64,000 bases of DNA. Source: Candidatus Melainabacteria bacterium 17Bon1m. Its GTDB lineage: Bacteria > Cyanobacteriota > Vampirovibrionia > Obscuribacterales > Obscuribacteraceae. Positions 55,324 to 64,000 of this stretch are shown piece by piece (the stretch's first letter is position 1; each line of letters starts with the position of its first letter). The notes under the pieces are model-generated. The model was not told the DNA's origin, made no database searches, and saw only the letters and a list, made by a program, of their open reading frames with translations. The position numbers were made by a program, and so were the translations under genes. The stretch spans positions 992,001 to 1,056,000 of the forward strand of contig JAVLKG010000002.1 in NCBI GenBank assembly GCA_032128875.1, written 5' to 3'.

Positions 55324-56241
55324 TCAAGGCTCCTCATCTGGGGCTGGGGTGCCCCCGTCCGTGAGGGCTACACTACTACTTGCCACATTACCAGACAAAT
55401 CCCCTCTTCCGCTTGCCGTTACCTGGGTGCCAATTTTGAGCCTTATCGCGCAGGGGAGTTTGTTTGCGAAGCTGACCTTTTGCGTTTGCGGTTGTATTTT
55501 AGATTGACTGACGAATTTTTCGTCTGACAGCAATCGTGCACCAGATATGGTGCGCTTTACGGGAGCCGGCAGGGCAGTAAGTTTGAAATGCAGATCATCA
55601 TCCGGTGAAGGAAGAGTCGCATCGATATTGCCTCTGTATAGTCTGCTCTGTCGATTGACCCTGTCGGCTTGAAGGTCCAAGGTTTTTAACTCTTCAAAAC
55701 CTTCCGGCACGGCAACGTTTGAATCCAAATCTTTCAATGTTCCAAATTCGCACTCTGCGATAGTTGGGGTGGCAGTCTTCAACCAGGCTAAATTGAGAGA
55801 ACGCTTTTCCGAAAGCAACTTCGCGTCATCTTTAAGGACTTCAGATAACTCGCCTTCTATCGCTTTTTCTATCGTTGCTCTCTCTTCATCTACCAAAGTT
55901 GCGCCCCGCCTGGACTCTTCAACTGTTTGTCTTGCAAGAGGTTCTAAGAACTTGTATCTTCCGTTTAAGTCCGAGTATGTTTTTCTTGATGAGAAAACCA
56001 GCTCTCGTGAGCGTTCTACTAAGATGTTGGCTCTACCTTGCCGATCGTCTGCATTTAAGACTTTCGCTGCGCCCAGAGCGAGTTCATCAGCAGCATTCTT
56101 ACCATGACTGCTCGAAGAAAAAAGCAACATTAAGCCGACGCCTACTAGCGCTACCACTATCACAATTCCTACTACCATTGCGACCATGACCAGCATGTTG
56201 CCGTGTCCGGAGCGGATGTGACGACGTTTATAATTGCGCAT
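55324..56241 (-). CDS. TadG/TadE-like pseudopilin N-terminus protein
   Basis: RR..RSGHG followed by a hydrophobic helix and AADELALGAA. Confidence 0.55.
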   Translation of the reverse strand: MRNYKRRHIRSGHGNMLVMVAMVVGIVIVVALVGVGLMLLFSSSSHGKNAADELALGAAKVLNADDRQGRANILVERSRELVFSSRKTYSDLNGRYKFLEPLARQTVEESRRGATLVDEERATIEKAIEGELSEVLKDDAKLLSEKRSLNLAWLKTATPTIAECEFGTLKDLDSNVAVPEGFEELKTLDLQADRVNRQSRLYRGNIDATLPSPDDDLHFKLTALPAPVKRTISGARLLSDEKFVSQSKIQPQTQKVSFANKLPCAIRLKIGTQVTASGRGDLSGNVASSSVALTDGGTPAPDEEP

Positions 56242-56253
56242 CAGAATAGATTA

Positions 56254-57612
56254 CTACTGGCAGGCGGCATAAGCATCAGGTATGCCATAAGCGAAGTTTT
56301 TGAAGGAATATTTTTTGAATGATTTCCATGATGTGTTGACCATTCTGTTGAGCGTTTGCACCCCTGTTTCGCCCGGATGCGCGCTTGCAACCAGTGCTGC
56401 CACGCCGGCTGTGATTGGTGCAGAAAAAGATGTTCCGCTGATGTGTACTGGATAACCGTACCTGTCTGAGCATTGAACAAGAACACCAGGAGCAGCAAAC
56501 CAGACTGAAGAGCCGGTGTTGGAAAACTTCGCTATTTTGAGATTGTAGTCCACCGCAGAAATGCAAATAAGGTTTGGCCGAAGTGGGTCTTTGCACTTCT
56601 TCTTCTCGTTACCGACAGCATTGAAGAAGATGCCACCGGCAGCATTGTATTCATTGAGCGCGACGTGCAAGCCCTGGTGTAAGGAAGCATTGGAGAATGA
56701 ATAAGGCGGAATTGCGTTAAAACTGCAGCTTGCGATCTTAATGCCTTTCGATATCAGGTCTCCAATAGCAGCAATGAGATACTCATCGTCCGTATATCCT
56801 TCATCATCGCTGATGATGATTGGATAGATTTGCGATCTGTAAGCGGGAGATGCGCTATTCAAAGAGTTATTCGCAGCGGCTGCGGCAGTGGTGGCGCATG
56901 CGGTACCATGGCCTAACGAGCCAGGATCAGTATCATGATTTCCAGGTCCGCTTCCTGTAAAAGCATTAAATCCGGTGAGCAATCTTCCGTTAAGCTCAGG
57001 TACCGGATTCACACCTGTATCAAGTATTGCAATGGTAACCCCCTGCCCATCTGTGCTGGAGCACCAACCGTATGGGACATTCAACATGAATAGCTCGTAC
57101 TGGCTAGGAAATCCGGGATCGTTGACCAGGTCGCATTGCTCTTTTTTGTAAGTGTGATTGCGCTGAACAAGGGAAAAGTGCTCGCCATCCTTGACCATAT
57201 TTTTGTAAGTCTCTTCGAGCTTTCCCTTCTCTGTTTTGACGACGAGGAATTCCTGTGTACCGACCTTAATTCTTCGTGTGACGGTACCTTTTACTTCCTG
57301 AAGCGCATCAGTAAGGTCTTCCTTGGTCGATCTAGGGTTGGCGATGACGATTAATGTGTCTTCGCGCCAACCGCCGTCTCCCTTGGGCGGCATTTGCTTA
57401 AACGTGAGAGGGTAGCTCGATTCCGGCTTTACTGAGGTGTCAGCAATCGATGCTGTCCAGAATCCGGAAGTGCCAAAGGCAGCAACAAATAAACCCAGCA
57501 ACCCTGTGGTTGCCAACATTTTCGGCTGTTTTTGCTTCTTCAATTGAGTTTCAAACCTCTGGACGCGGGGGAAACGGCAGCGTCTTATATTAGAATGCCC
57601 AATACTTTCCAA
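56254..57612 (-). CDS. S8 subtilisin-like serine protease
   Basis: catalytic triad ILDTGV, GHGTACA, SGTSFSAP; oxyanion AVGN; start probably downstream of the ORF start. Confidence 0.9.
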   Translation of the reverse strand: MESIGHSNIRRCRFPRVQRFETQLKKQKQPKMLATTGLLGLFVAAFGTSGFWTASIADTSVKPESSYPLTFKQMPPKGDGGWREDTLIVIANPRSTKEDLTDALQEVKGTVTRRIKVGTQEFLVVKTEKGKLEETYKNMVKDGEHFSLVQRNHTYKKEQCDLVNDPGFPSQYELFMLNVPYGWCSSTDGQGVTIAILDTGVNPVPELNGRLLTGFNAFTGSGPGNHDTDPGSLGHGTACATTAAAAANNSLNSASPAYRSQIYPIIISDDEGYTDDEYLIAAIGDLISKGIKIASCSFNAIPPYSFSNASLHQGLHVALNEYNAAGGIFFNAVGNEKKKCKDPLRPNLICISAVDYNLKIAKFSNTGSSVWFAAPGVLVQCSDRYGYPVHISGTSFSAPITAGVAALVASAHPGETGVQTLNRMVNTSWKSFKKYSFKNFAYGIPDAYAACQ

Positions 57613-57764
57613 GTATATACATTCGACCGGACCAGCCGCCAGTTTTACGGCGAGAATTTATCATTCACTCTTTCAGGGTAGATTCTCCGGTAAGCTGATG
57701 TGACAACCTGTTTTTTCCAAATCCTGTGGACGGTTCGAAATGCCACTATATATGGTGACATAAG

Positions 57765-58421
57765 ATGGATAAATTGAAACTAAAAACGGGCGAAAGTTTT
57801 ATCGCAAAGATGCTTTTTTCATCTCTGCTTGTTTCGTTGTTCATTGTCTTTCCCTCTGCAGTTTCTGCTGACGACGATGACGAAATCGACACGGAGATCG
57901 ACTGGGAAGGCCGATTCACGCAAGTTGTTGATATAAAAACAGAACCACTTGCAAATTACCTTCGCAAAGATAAGAACGAATTCGATAACTTGGTCTTGGC
58001 GCGCGTCAACAGTCAGTCGCCTAAAGAAAAGAATTCCAAAAAATACGAAGTAATCTGGTATAGAAAAGGCGATCCTATTGGGGTGCGCCGTCTGAATGGG
58101 CTCGCATTTCAAGCTCCACAAAGAATTGCATTGCATGTTCTTCATTCATCGTTGCCGGCTAGTGACGATGATGTAAAGTCGGCAGCAAACGCTTGTTTGC
58201 GATTGTATCTTGAACTCTATGCCAAGACGATGTCTCCCAGTGCAATTGTTGTACCGAAGCAATCGTTCAATTCTTTTGTGCAGCGCATGAACCAGTTGAA
58301 TTTCTATTCTGCCGAAGAGCCAGAACCGAATACTCCAGTCCGTACATCAATCATTCTTACAGTCGAATCAGAACCGCCCGGATTGAGGCAGTTGCTTTTC
58401 TATTCAGGAAGTGGACTCTAA
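57765..58421 (+). CDS. hypothetical secreted protein
   Basis: signal peptide (PSAVSA) followed by an acidic stretch. Confidence 0.65.
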   Translation: MDKLKLKTGESFIAKMLFSSLLVSLFIVFPSAVSADDDDEIDTEIDWEGRFTQVVDIKTEPLANYLRKDKNEFDNLVLARVNSQSPKEKNSKKYEVIWYRKGDPIGVRRLNGLAFQAPQRIALHVLHSSLPASDDDVKSAANACLRLYLELYAKTMSPSAIVVPKQSFNSFVQRMNQLNFYSAEEPEPNTPVRTSIILTVESEPPGLRQLLFYSGSGL

Positions 58422-58434
58422 GGATTGCTTGAGC

Positions 58435-60165
58435 TTACGCGCTGTGCAATCTACGAGTCGGGCAGACTTCTTCCAGAACTGTCTGGATATTTTGCAGCAA
58501 TCCACCAAGTCCGGTGCGCATCACTGCTGATACCATGACCGGGTTTGGAACTTGAGCAGCAAGCCACTCCAAATCTTCTTTGCGTGCCTTATCGGTTTTG
58601 TTCAAAACAGTGATGATAGGCTTATCAACAGCACCCAGTTCGCTAAGAACATCGTATACCGAGCTCATATGTTCCATCACATTCGGGTGGCTTGCATCAA
58701 CAACATGCAAGAGAACATCTGCAACGGCGACTTCTTCAAGTGTTGCTCTAAATGCAGCAATCAAAGACGTCGGTAGTTTCTTGATGAATCCGACTGTGTC
58801 TGTGAGCAAAACCGGTGAGTGGTCAGGCAAGGTCGTTCTTCTTGTTGCTGGGTCCAACGTTGCGAAGAGTTTGTCTTCTACAACCATGTCCGACTTTGCA
58901 AGAGCGTTTAGCAGAGTGGATTTGCCTGAGTTCGTATATCCTGTCAATGCAACCACCGGCAGATTTTCATCTGTGCGTTTGCGTCTTTGTGTATCGCGAT
59001 AGTTTTTGATGCGCTGTGTTTCGCGTTCTAAAAACGTAATGCGATCGCGATTGCGACGTCTGTCGACTTCGAGTTTGGTTTCACCAGGACCTCTTGTGCC
59101 GATGCCGCCGCCCAGCCTACTGAGTGCCGTACCTTTTCCGACCAGTCGGGGGAAAAGATATTTGAGCTGAGCGAGTTCGACTTGCAGCTTACCTTCTTTA
59201 GTTTGCGCGCGTTGCGCAAAGATATCTAAGATAAGCTCAGTGCGGTCGATAACCTTCACTGCAACGATCTCTTCCAAGTTTTGCTGCTGGTTGGCAGAAA
59301 GCTCTTTATCGACGATGACAATGTTAGCTCCCATCTCCTGAACCAAGAGTGCCAGCTCTTGCACTTTTCCGGACCCTAAGAAGTATTTGGGATCAGGTTG
59401 CGAACGTGATTGAGTCAAACGTCCACAAACGGTTGCGCCGGCGGTTTTTGCCAGCAAAGACATCTCATCAAGATCGTCGTCAACTTGAAAGCCGTTTTGA
59501 CCCTCTGAAATCAAACCGACAAGGATTGCACGCTCCTCACCTTTTGCGACTTGCAGTCCAGGCGCTTCACGTCTGAATTCATTTTCTAAAGCTTGAATAA
59601 GCTCTTCAAAATCTTCTTCCTGAGCGCGTCTTGCAGTCATGGGCGGAAATAGCTTCCAAAGCTGACCTTCAGAATCTCGCCCTGGAAGTATGTGTGCTAC
59701 ATATACGACGTCGGCAAATCTCGTCTGCTCACCCTTGGAGCGGCTGAAATCGCCGTCTGTGTTGACTGAAATTTGAGCAATTGCATCAAGACGGTTCTTG
59801 AGCAAGCACTGCAGATCTTCTTTTCTGAAAGACAGCTTGTTGGCCGGCGCCGTCTTGCTGCTATCAAGGTTGGTATGAATGATTCTGTGACCGCAGAGCC
59901 TTCCAGGACCGACTCTTACGCCCCTCAGCTCTGGCATATTCACTTCGGAGGGATGTCCGAGAGTGACATTAACTACCTGTCCACGCCTGTTAACGACAAC
60001 TGAAACTGGGTGCCCGGTGGAATGGGATACTTCGGCGACGCTCTCAGCCAGGTCGATAGTTAGCAACTTACCGGCTGGAATTCTTTGCTGAAGAATGCGA
60101 TTAAGCTGTTTAATCTCAGACTTCTTCAGTCCTTTAGCTTTACCAAGATCAAGTTTTCCGTGCAA
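58435..60165 (-). CDS. hflX: GTPase HflX, long form with an N-terminal extension
   Basis: LILDIFAQRA, EGKLQVELAQL, GTRGPGETKLE, GYTNSGKSTL, LFATLD, DTVGFI, NKTD. Confidence 0.95.
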   Translation of the reverse strand: MHGKLDLGKAKGLKKSEIKQLNRILQQRIPAGKLLTIDLAESVAEVSHSTGHPVSVVVNRRGQVVNVTLGHPSEVNMPELRGVRVGPGRLCGHRIIHTNLDSSKTAPANKLSFRKEDLQCLLKNRLDAIAQISVNTDGDFSRSKGEQTRFADVVYVAHILPGRDSEGQLWKLFPPMTARRAQEEDFEELIQALENEFRREAPGLQVAKGEERAILVGLISEGQNGFQVDDDLDEMSLLAKTAGATVCGRLTQSRSQPDPKYFLGSGKVQELALLVQEMGANIVIVDKELSANQQQNLEEIVAVKVIDRTELILDIFAQRAQTKEGKLQVELAQLKYLFPRLVGKGTALSRLGGGIGTRGPGETKLEVDRRRNRDRITFLERETQRIKNYRDTQRRKRTDENLPVVALTGYTNSGKSTLLNALAKSDMVVEDKLFATLDPATRRTTLPDHSPVLLTDTVGFIKKLPTSLIAAFRATLEEVAVADVLLHVVDASHPNVMEHMSSVYDVLSELGAVDKPIITVLNKTDKARKEDLEWLAAQVPNPVMVSAVMRTGLGGLLQNIQTVLEEVCPTRRLHSA

Positions 60166-60341
60166 TCAGATACGCCCTCCTGATGGCCCGCCGGTTGTTT
60201 GTTGATGGGAATTCTGCAAAAGCTTACGCCACGTAGTAAGTCTCACACCCGAATCATACCCGCTCAGTGGCAGATATTCACGGATATTTAATCTGATAAT
60301 GTCCGGCAAAACCGGCTAAATATGAGGATGCAACCTCATGA

Positions 60342-62882
60342 CTAGTGCGGTGATTCCACCGGCTGGCGGCTTTCGGAGTTTGTCATCACAATGCCTTGTA
60401 CTAGTCGACTAACTGATTCGCAAAATTCGTCTGTAGAAATTCCCGCTCCCGTGAGGTGTCTGGTCAGACCAAGCGTCATCTTATTTATGTCTGCGTTCGC
60501 CAAACCTTTTTCTGTATATACGATGAGAGGTAAAGAATGCTCCTCGCCTTGTCTCAATCCGGCAAGTACTTCAAAACAGCGTTCGTTTGAAACGGACAGA
60601 TCAAGCACAATCATGTCAGGTTCGAGTTCTCGGACCGTAGCTGAAAGTGATTGATCAACTTCATCAACAACGTGAAAGCCGCCACGCAGAATTGTCTTCT
60701 TCAATAGATTTGATTTTGCAGAGTCACCTTCGATAACAAGAATTCTGCTTTCTGCTGCAAGCACGCCGGCTTGCCTTCCGACTTTTCGCAGGCGCGCGCA
60801 GTCGAATGGATTTTTTTGTATATCCAGAAGAACCGGGCTGGCGATTCTGCCGGTTTCTTCATTCCATCCCCCTAAAACTATGATCGGCACTTCTCTAGTA
60901 ACTAGTGCGCCGCCCGCGTGTTTGATGATCTCCAACCCGCTGCCGTCAGCCAATTCGACATCCACAAGCACGACATCTGGAAATGTCTTTTCTATGATCC
61001 TCTCTGCTTGAGCTAGTGTCGCCGCGCGCAAAAGATCGAAGCCTGATTTTTGCAGTAAGTCTTTTAGAGGCTCGGTGACCTTTTCGTCGTCTGCTACCAA
61101 CATGACGCGCAGTCTGTGCAGAGTCAATGTCTCGTCTGGCGCCGAGGGCAGGCTTTCGCCCGGAGAAAGTTCAAACCAGAAGTTGGAGCCCTTTCCGACT
61201 TCTGTTTCTACGCCGATGTTGCCGCCGTGCTGCATTACAATCGCTTTTGAAATTGCCAGTCCAAGCCCCGTGCCACCCTTCTTTCGAGTATCGGATGAAT
61301 CTAGTTGTTGGAATTTCGCAAACAACTTATTCATTTGATCGTCACGAATTCCAGGTCCCTGGTCAATAACTGCGAAACGTGCTCTACCTTCTTTTGTCTC
61401 AGTAACTAAGATTTTGACTTCTTTTCCTTTCTCGGAAAATTTGATTGCGTTTGATATTAGGTTGTTCAAAACTTGCACGATTCGATCGGGATCGCAGAGT
61501 AAAGCTTCGTTGAATTCAATCGACTTCGTTAGCGACACACCAGCGTCGTCCGCAAGCCCACGAATTGCCTGAAATGTTGTGTCGACAAGCGATTGTGGGT
61601 TTGTCAGTTGAGGCTTGAGCATCAACTTGCCGGCCTCGATTTTTCTGAAATCTAAAATGTCATTGATGAGCCGGATCAATCTGTCGCATTCACCACCGGC
61701 GATGCGTACTAAGTGACCACCTTTTTGCGACAGTTCGCCCACTGCGCCACTGGTCATCAAACCAAGCGCTGTGCGGATAGACGTAAGTGGAGTTCGCAGT
61801 TCGTGCGAAACAGTCGAATAGAATTCACTGACTCTTTTTTCGGCTTCTTTCCGGGCTGTGATATCACGCACAATACCAGTATAAATTCGCCGGTCTCCCA
61901 AATTGAGTACAGAAAGCGCTGCTTCAACGGGAAAGGTGCTGCCATCCTTGCGCCTGCCTTGTATCTCTTCCCCGATACCGACTACATGTTTTTCGCCAAA
62001 CTGTGATTTTTTTTGCTCATCAGGTGTTTCCAAAGTCAGATTTTCCATTACTGTTGCAATCTGAACACCAAGCAACTCTCCTGCGCCATAGCCAAACATG
62101 TGCTGCAGTGCGTCATTGGCAGACTCAATCTCCCCTGAATCAGAGAAGGTGACTATACCGTCTGGAGCGGTGTCTACGATTGCCCTCATTCGAGCTTCTC
62201 TTTCCGCTAGTTTTCTTTCTGCTTCTCTCGAGTCAACGACATACCGATTGAGAATGAACAACATAGACAGCAAGATAAGAAAAGCGGCCGTCATCATGAT
62301 CCAGATGGCGCCAAGCGTTTGCAAGTTGTTGTTGCTTATAGTTTCACTCGTGGCGAGCTGCATTTGTTTTTCTCTAGTGCGTAAATCGACAAGTTGTCCT
62401 TCGATGAGCACTGAGAGCTTTCTGAATTCGTCAGTATCTAATAGCTCCGCAGTTGCAGAATAGCCCTTCTTCTTGCGGGTCTCGATTATTTGCTCGTTGA
62501 CTATGAGTCGATCGTTCAGATTGCGTTTTATCGATTGCACTTCATACTTGTTGGCGCGGTCGCCCAGCAACTGAATCAACTTATCGAGGTGCTGATTTAT
62601 CCGGGTCGCGCAATCCCTCATATAGGGCAATTCACGATCTTCACCATTGGTGATGAAGGCAATTTCCGCACAGCGCAAATCAGAATATGCCGTCATTGTC
62701 TCTTCCATCTCGTACAAAGCTTCCTGGCTTTGTGAGATGGAATTGTTGCCGGGTTGCAGTTGTTGACTGGCGACGCCGCCAATGTACAGAAGAACCAATG
62801 CAGTTGCCAGCACGGCGAACGCGGCTTTGATGGTCAAGTTGGCGCTGGAGCCAATCTGTTTAGCGTTTGCCGACTTTTCCAT
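60342..62882 (-). CDS. hybrid sensor histidine kinase (CHASE3-like, PAS, HisKA, HATPase, two partly degenerate REC domains)
   Basis: two TMs, PAS (GRRKDGSTFPVE), SHELRTPLTSI, NLISNAIKFS, DQGPGI, GGTGLGLAI. Confidence 0.92.
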   Translation of the reverse strand: MEKSANAKQIGSSANLTIKAAFAVLATALVLLYIGGVASQQLQPGNNSISQSQEALYEMEETMTAYSDLRCAEIAFITNGEDRELPYMRDCATRINQHLDKLIQLLGDRANKYEVQSIKRNLNDRLIVNEQIIETRKKKGYSATAELLDTDEFRKLSVLIEGQLVDLRTREKQMQLATSETISNNNLQTLGAIWIMMTAAFLILLSMLFILNRYVVDSREAERKLAEREARMRAIVDTAPDGIVTFSDSGEIESANDALQHMFGYGAGELLGVQIATVMENLTLETPDEQKKSQFGEKHVVGIGEEIQGRRKDGSTFPVEAALSVLNLGDRRIYTGIVRDITARKEAEKRVSEFYSTVSHELRTPLTSIRTALGLMTSGAVGELSQKGGHLVRIAGGECDRLIRLINDILDFRKIEAGKLMLKPQLTNPQSLVDTTFQAIRGLADDAGVSLTKSIEFNEALLCDPDRIVQVLNNLISNAIKFSEKGKEVKILVTETKEGRARFAVIDQGPGIRDDQMNKLFAKFQQLDSSDTRKKGGTGLGLAISKAIVMQHGGNIGVETEVGKGSNFWFELSPGESLPSAPDETLTLHRLRVMLVADDEKVTEPLKDLLQKSGFDLLRAATLAQAERIIEKTFPDVVLVDVELADGSGLEIIKHAGGALVTREVPIIVLGGWNEETGRIASPVLLDIQKNPFDCARLRKVGRQAGVLAAESRILVIEGDSAKSNLLKKTILRGGFHVVDEVDQSLSATVRELEPDMIVLDLSVSNERCFEVLAGLRQGEEHSLPLIVYTEKGLANADINKMTLGLTRHLTGAGISTDEFCESVSRLVQGIVMTNSESRQPVESPH

Positions 62883-62974
62883 CCAACTGCTGCGTCCTAT
62901 ATAGATGATCGCCCATTTTTTTGCTGTTTCATCAAAAGCGCAATCGTGTTAGCAAGAAAATGAGATGATTGCGG

Positions 62975-63649
62975 CTATTGGTCGACGATACGGTAGCCTA
63001 CACCGCGTTTTGTGCGAATAATTGAATTGTCTTCGCTGTCTCCAAGCTTCTTGCGCAGTGTTTTCATATGTGTTCTGACCGTATCGATCGATGCGGAAGA
63101 ATCAGTTTGCCAAAGGCGATCGAGAATTTGCTCTAGCGAAAAACTTTGATTCGGGTGACGCATCAAGAGTTCTAGAAGGGAGAATTCCTTGGCTGTGAGT
63201 TCAATCGTTTTGTCAGCACGCGAGACTCTGTTTGTGACGGTGTCTAGCTCTAAGTCTTGAATCTGCAAAACTCTTCCGGCGAATGCCGCAGGACGACGGA
63301 TCAACGCCCGCACACGCGCTCCCAGTTCTGTCGGGTGAAATGGCTTAACCAGATAATCATCAGCACCAGCGTCCAACCCTTGAGCCATGTCTTCTGGTGC
63401 GCCTTTAGCTGTAAGCATGAGTATTGGCGTACGACCGCCGATGTTTCTGAATTTTGAGATGACATCGACTCCGCTCAGGTCGGGAAGCATCCAGTCCATG
63501 ATGACGAGATCGTAAGTGTGATCCTTTAGACTTTGCAGCGCATCCAGCCCTGAATGTACGACATCAACCATCTGCTTCTCATGCTCGAGCTGCATCTGGA
63601 GCAGGAAAGCGAGATTTTGATCGTCTTCGACAAGAAGAATCTTAGCCAT
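62975..63649 (-). CDS. OmpR-family response regulator
   Basis: ILLVEDD, MDWMLP, LTAK, GADDYLVKPF, LTAKEF, IRTKRGVGY. Confidence 0.95.
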   Translation of the reverse strand: MAKILLVEDDQNLAFLLQMQLEHEKQMVDVVHSGLDALQSLKDHTYDLVIMDWMLPDLSGVDVISKFRNIGGRTPILMLTAKGAPEDMAQGLDAGADDYLVKPFHPTELGARVRALIRRPAAFAGRVLQIQDLELDTVTNRVSRADKTIELTAKEFSLLELLMRHPNQSFSLEQILDRLWQTDSSASIDTVRTHMKTLRKKLGDSEDNSIIRTKRGVGYRIVDQ

Positions 63650-63726
63650 AATGTTAGGTCTAAGTACGAGCCTGTTTTTAGTAATAAGCCTCTCTATTTA
63701 TGCCCGGTTTGCCGATATTCATATAA

Positions 63727-64000
63727 TCAGCAACCGCTCAAAAGCTTGTGCCGCAATAGCGGGCGCATTCCGGACTCTCCGCAAGATTTCAGCTGAGGAA
63801 TGATCTTGCCGGGATTGCAGATGGAGCGGGGGTCGAAGGCGTTTTTAATCCATGTCATTGCTTCGAGATCGTGAGCCGAAAATGCCATCGGCATCTCATG
63901 AACTTTCTCGATTCCAATGCCGTGTTCGCCTGATAATGTTCCTCCCAGCTCCACGCAAAGTTCCAAAATTTCCTTACCGGCGAGCATTACGCGTTTGACT
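63727..64000 (-). CDS. FAD-linked oxidase C-terminal part (GlcD-like), truncated by the window edge
   Basis: GGTLSGEHGIGIEK...IKNAFDPRSICNPGK. Confidence 0.85.
   Translation of the reverse strand, partial: VKRVMLAGKEILELCVELGGTLSGEHGIGIEKVHEMPMAFSAHDLEAMTWIKNAFDPRSICNPGKIIPQLKSCGESGMRPLLRHKLLSGC

Overview
This is a bacterial chromosomal window. Its gene content (single lptF/G with lptCAB, stand-alone ndhB/nuoN, long cyanobacterial-type HflX, CtpA, Pkn kinases, futalosine-pathway genes, no photosynthesis genes) suggests a non-photosynthetic relative of cyanobacteria (Melainabacteria/Vampirovibrionia); this is an inference. Most of the window is housekeeping: aroK, lpt operon, carA, murC/murB/murF/ddl, rpsT, rsmI, uppP, mqnA, pdp, relA, rdgB, a UbiD-family gene, ctpA, hflX, a two-component pair and tRNA-Arg(CCT). 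Four things stand out. (1) A vWA + divergent adenylosuccinate-synthetase-like operon (16.7-19.0 kb) whose PurA-like enzyme has lost the aspartate-binding loop; it has its own promoter, an NrtR-like GT-N7-AC operator and a structured leader. (2) A minimal RiPP locus (34.9-36.3 kb): a 52-aa precursor ending in an atypical F-G-E-G-G-A core plus an FxsB-like radical SAM/SPASM enzyme. (3) Two secreted low-complexity proteins downstream of ctpA that share the C-terminus LR[N/H]LRF. (4) Two candidate orphan structured RNAs (39.5 kb and 48.2-48.5 kb). Several altered or pseudo-enzymes are also present: a caspase-TonB fusion, a cytidine deaminase homologue, an atypical SSB and a triple-repeat LptA. No CRISPR array, integrase or transposase was seen. 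All calls come from motif reading by eye; no searches were run.
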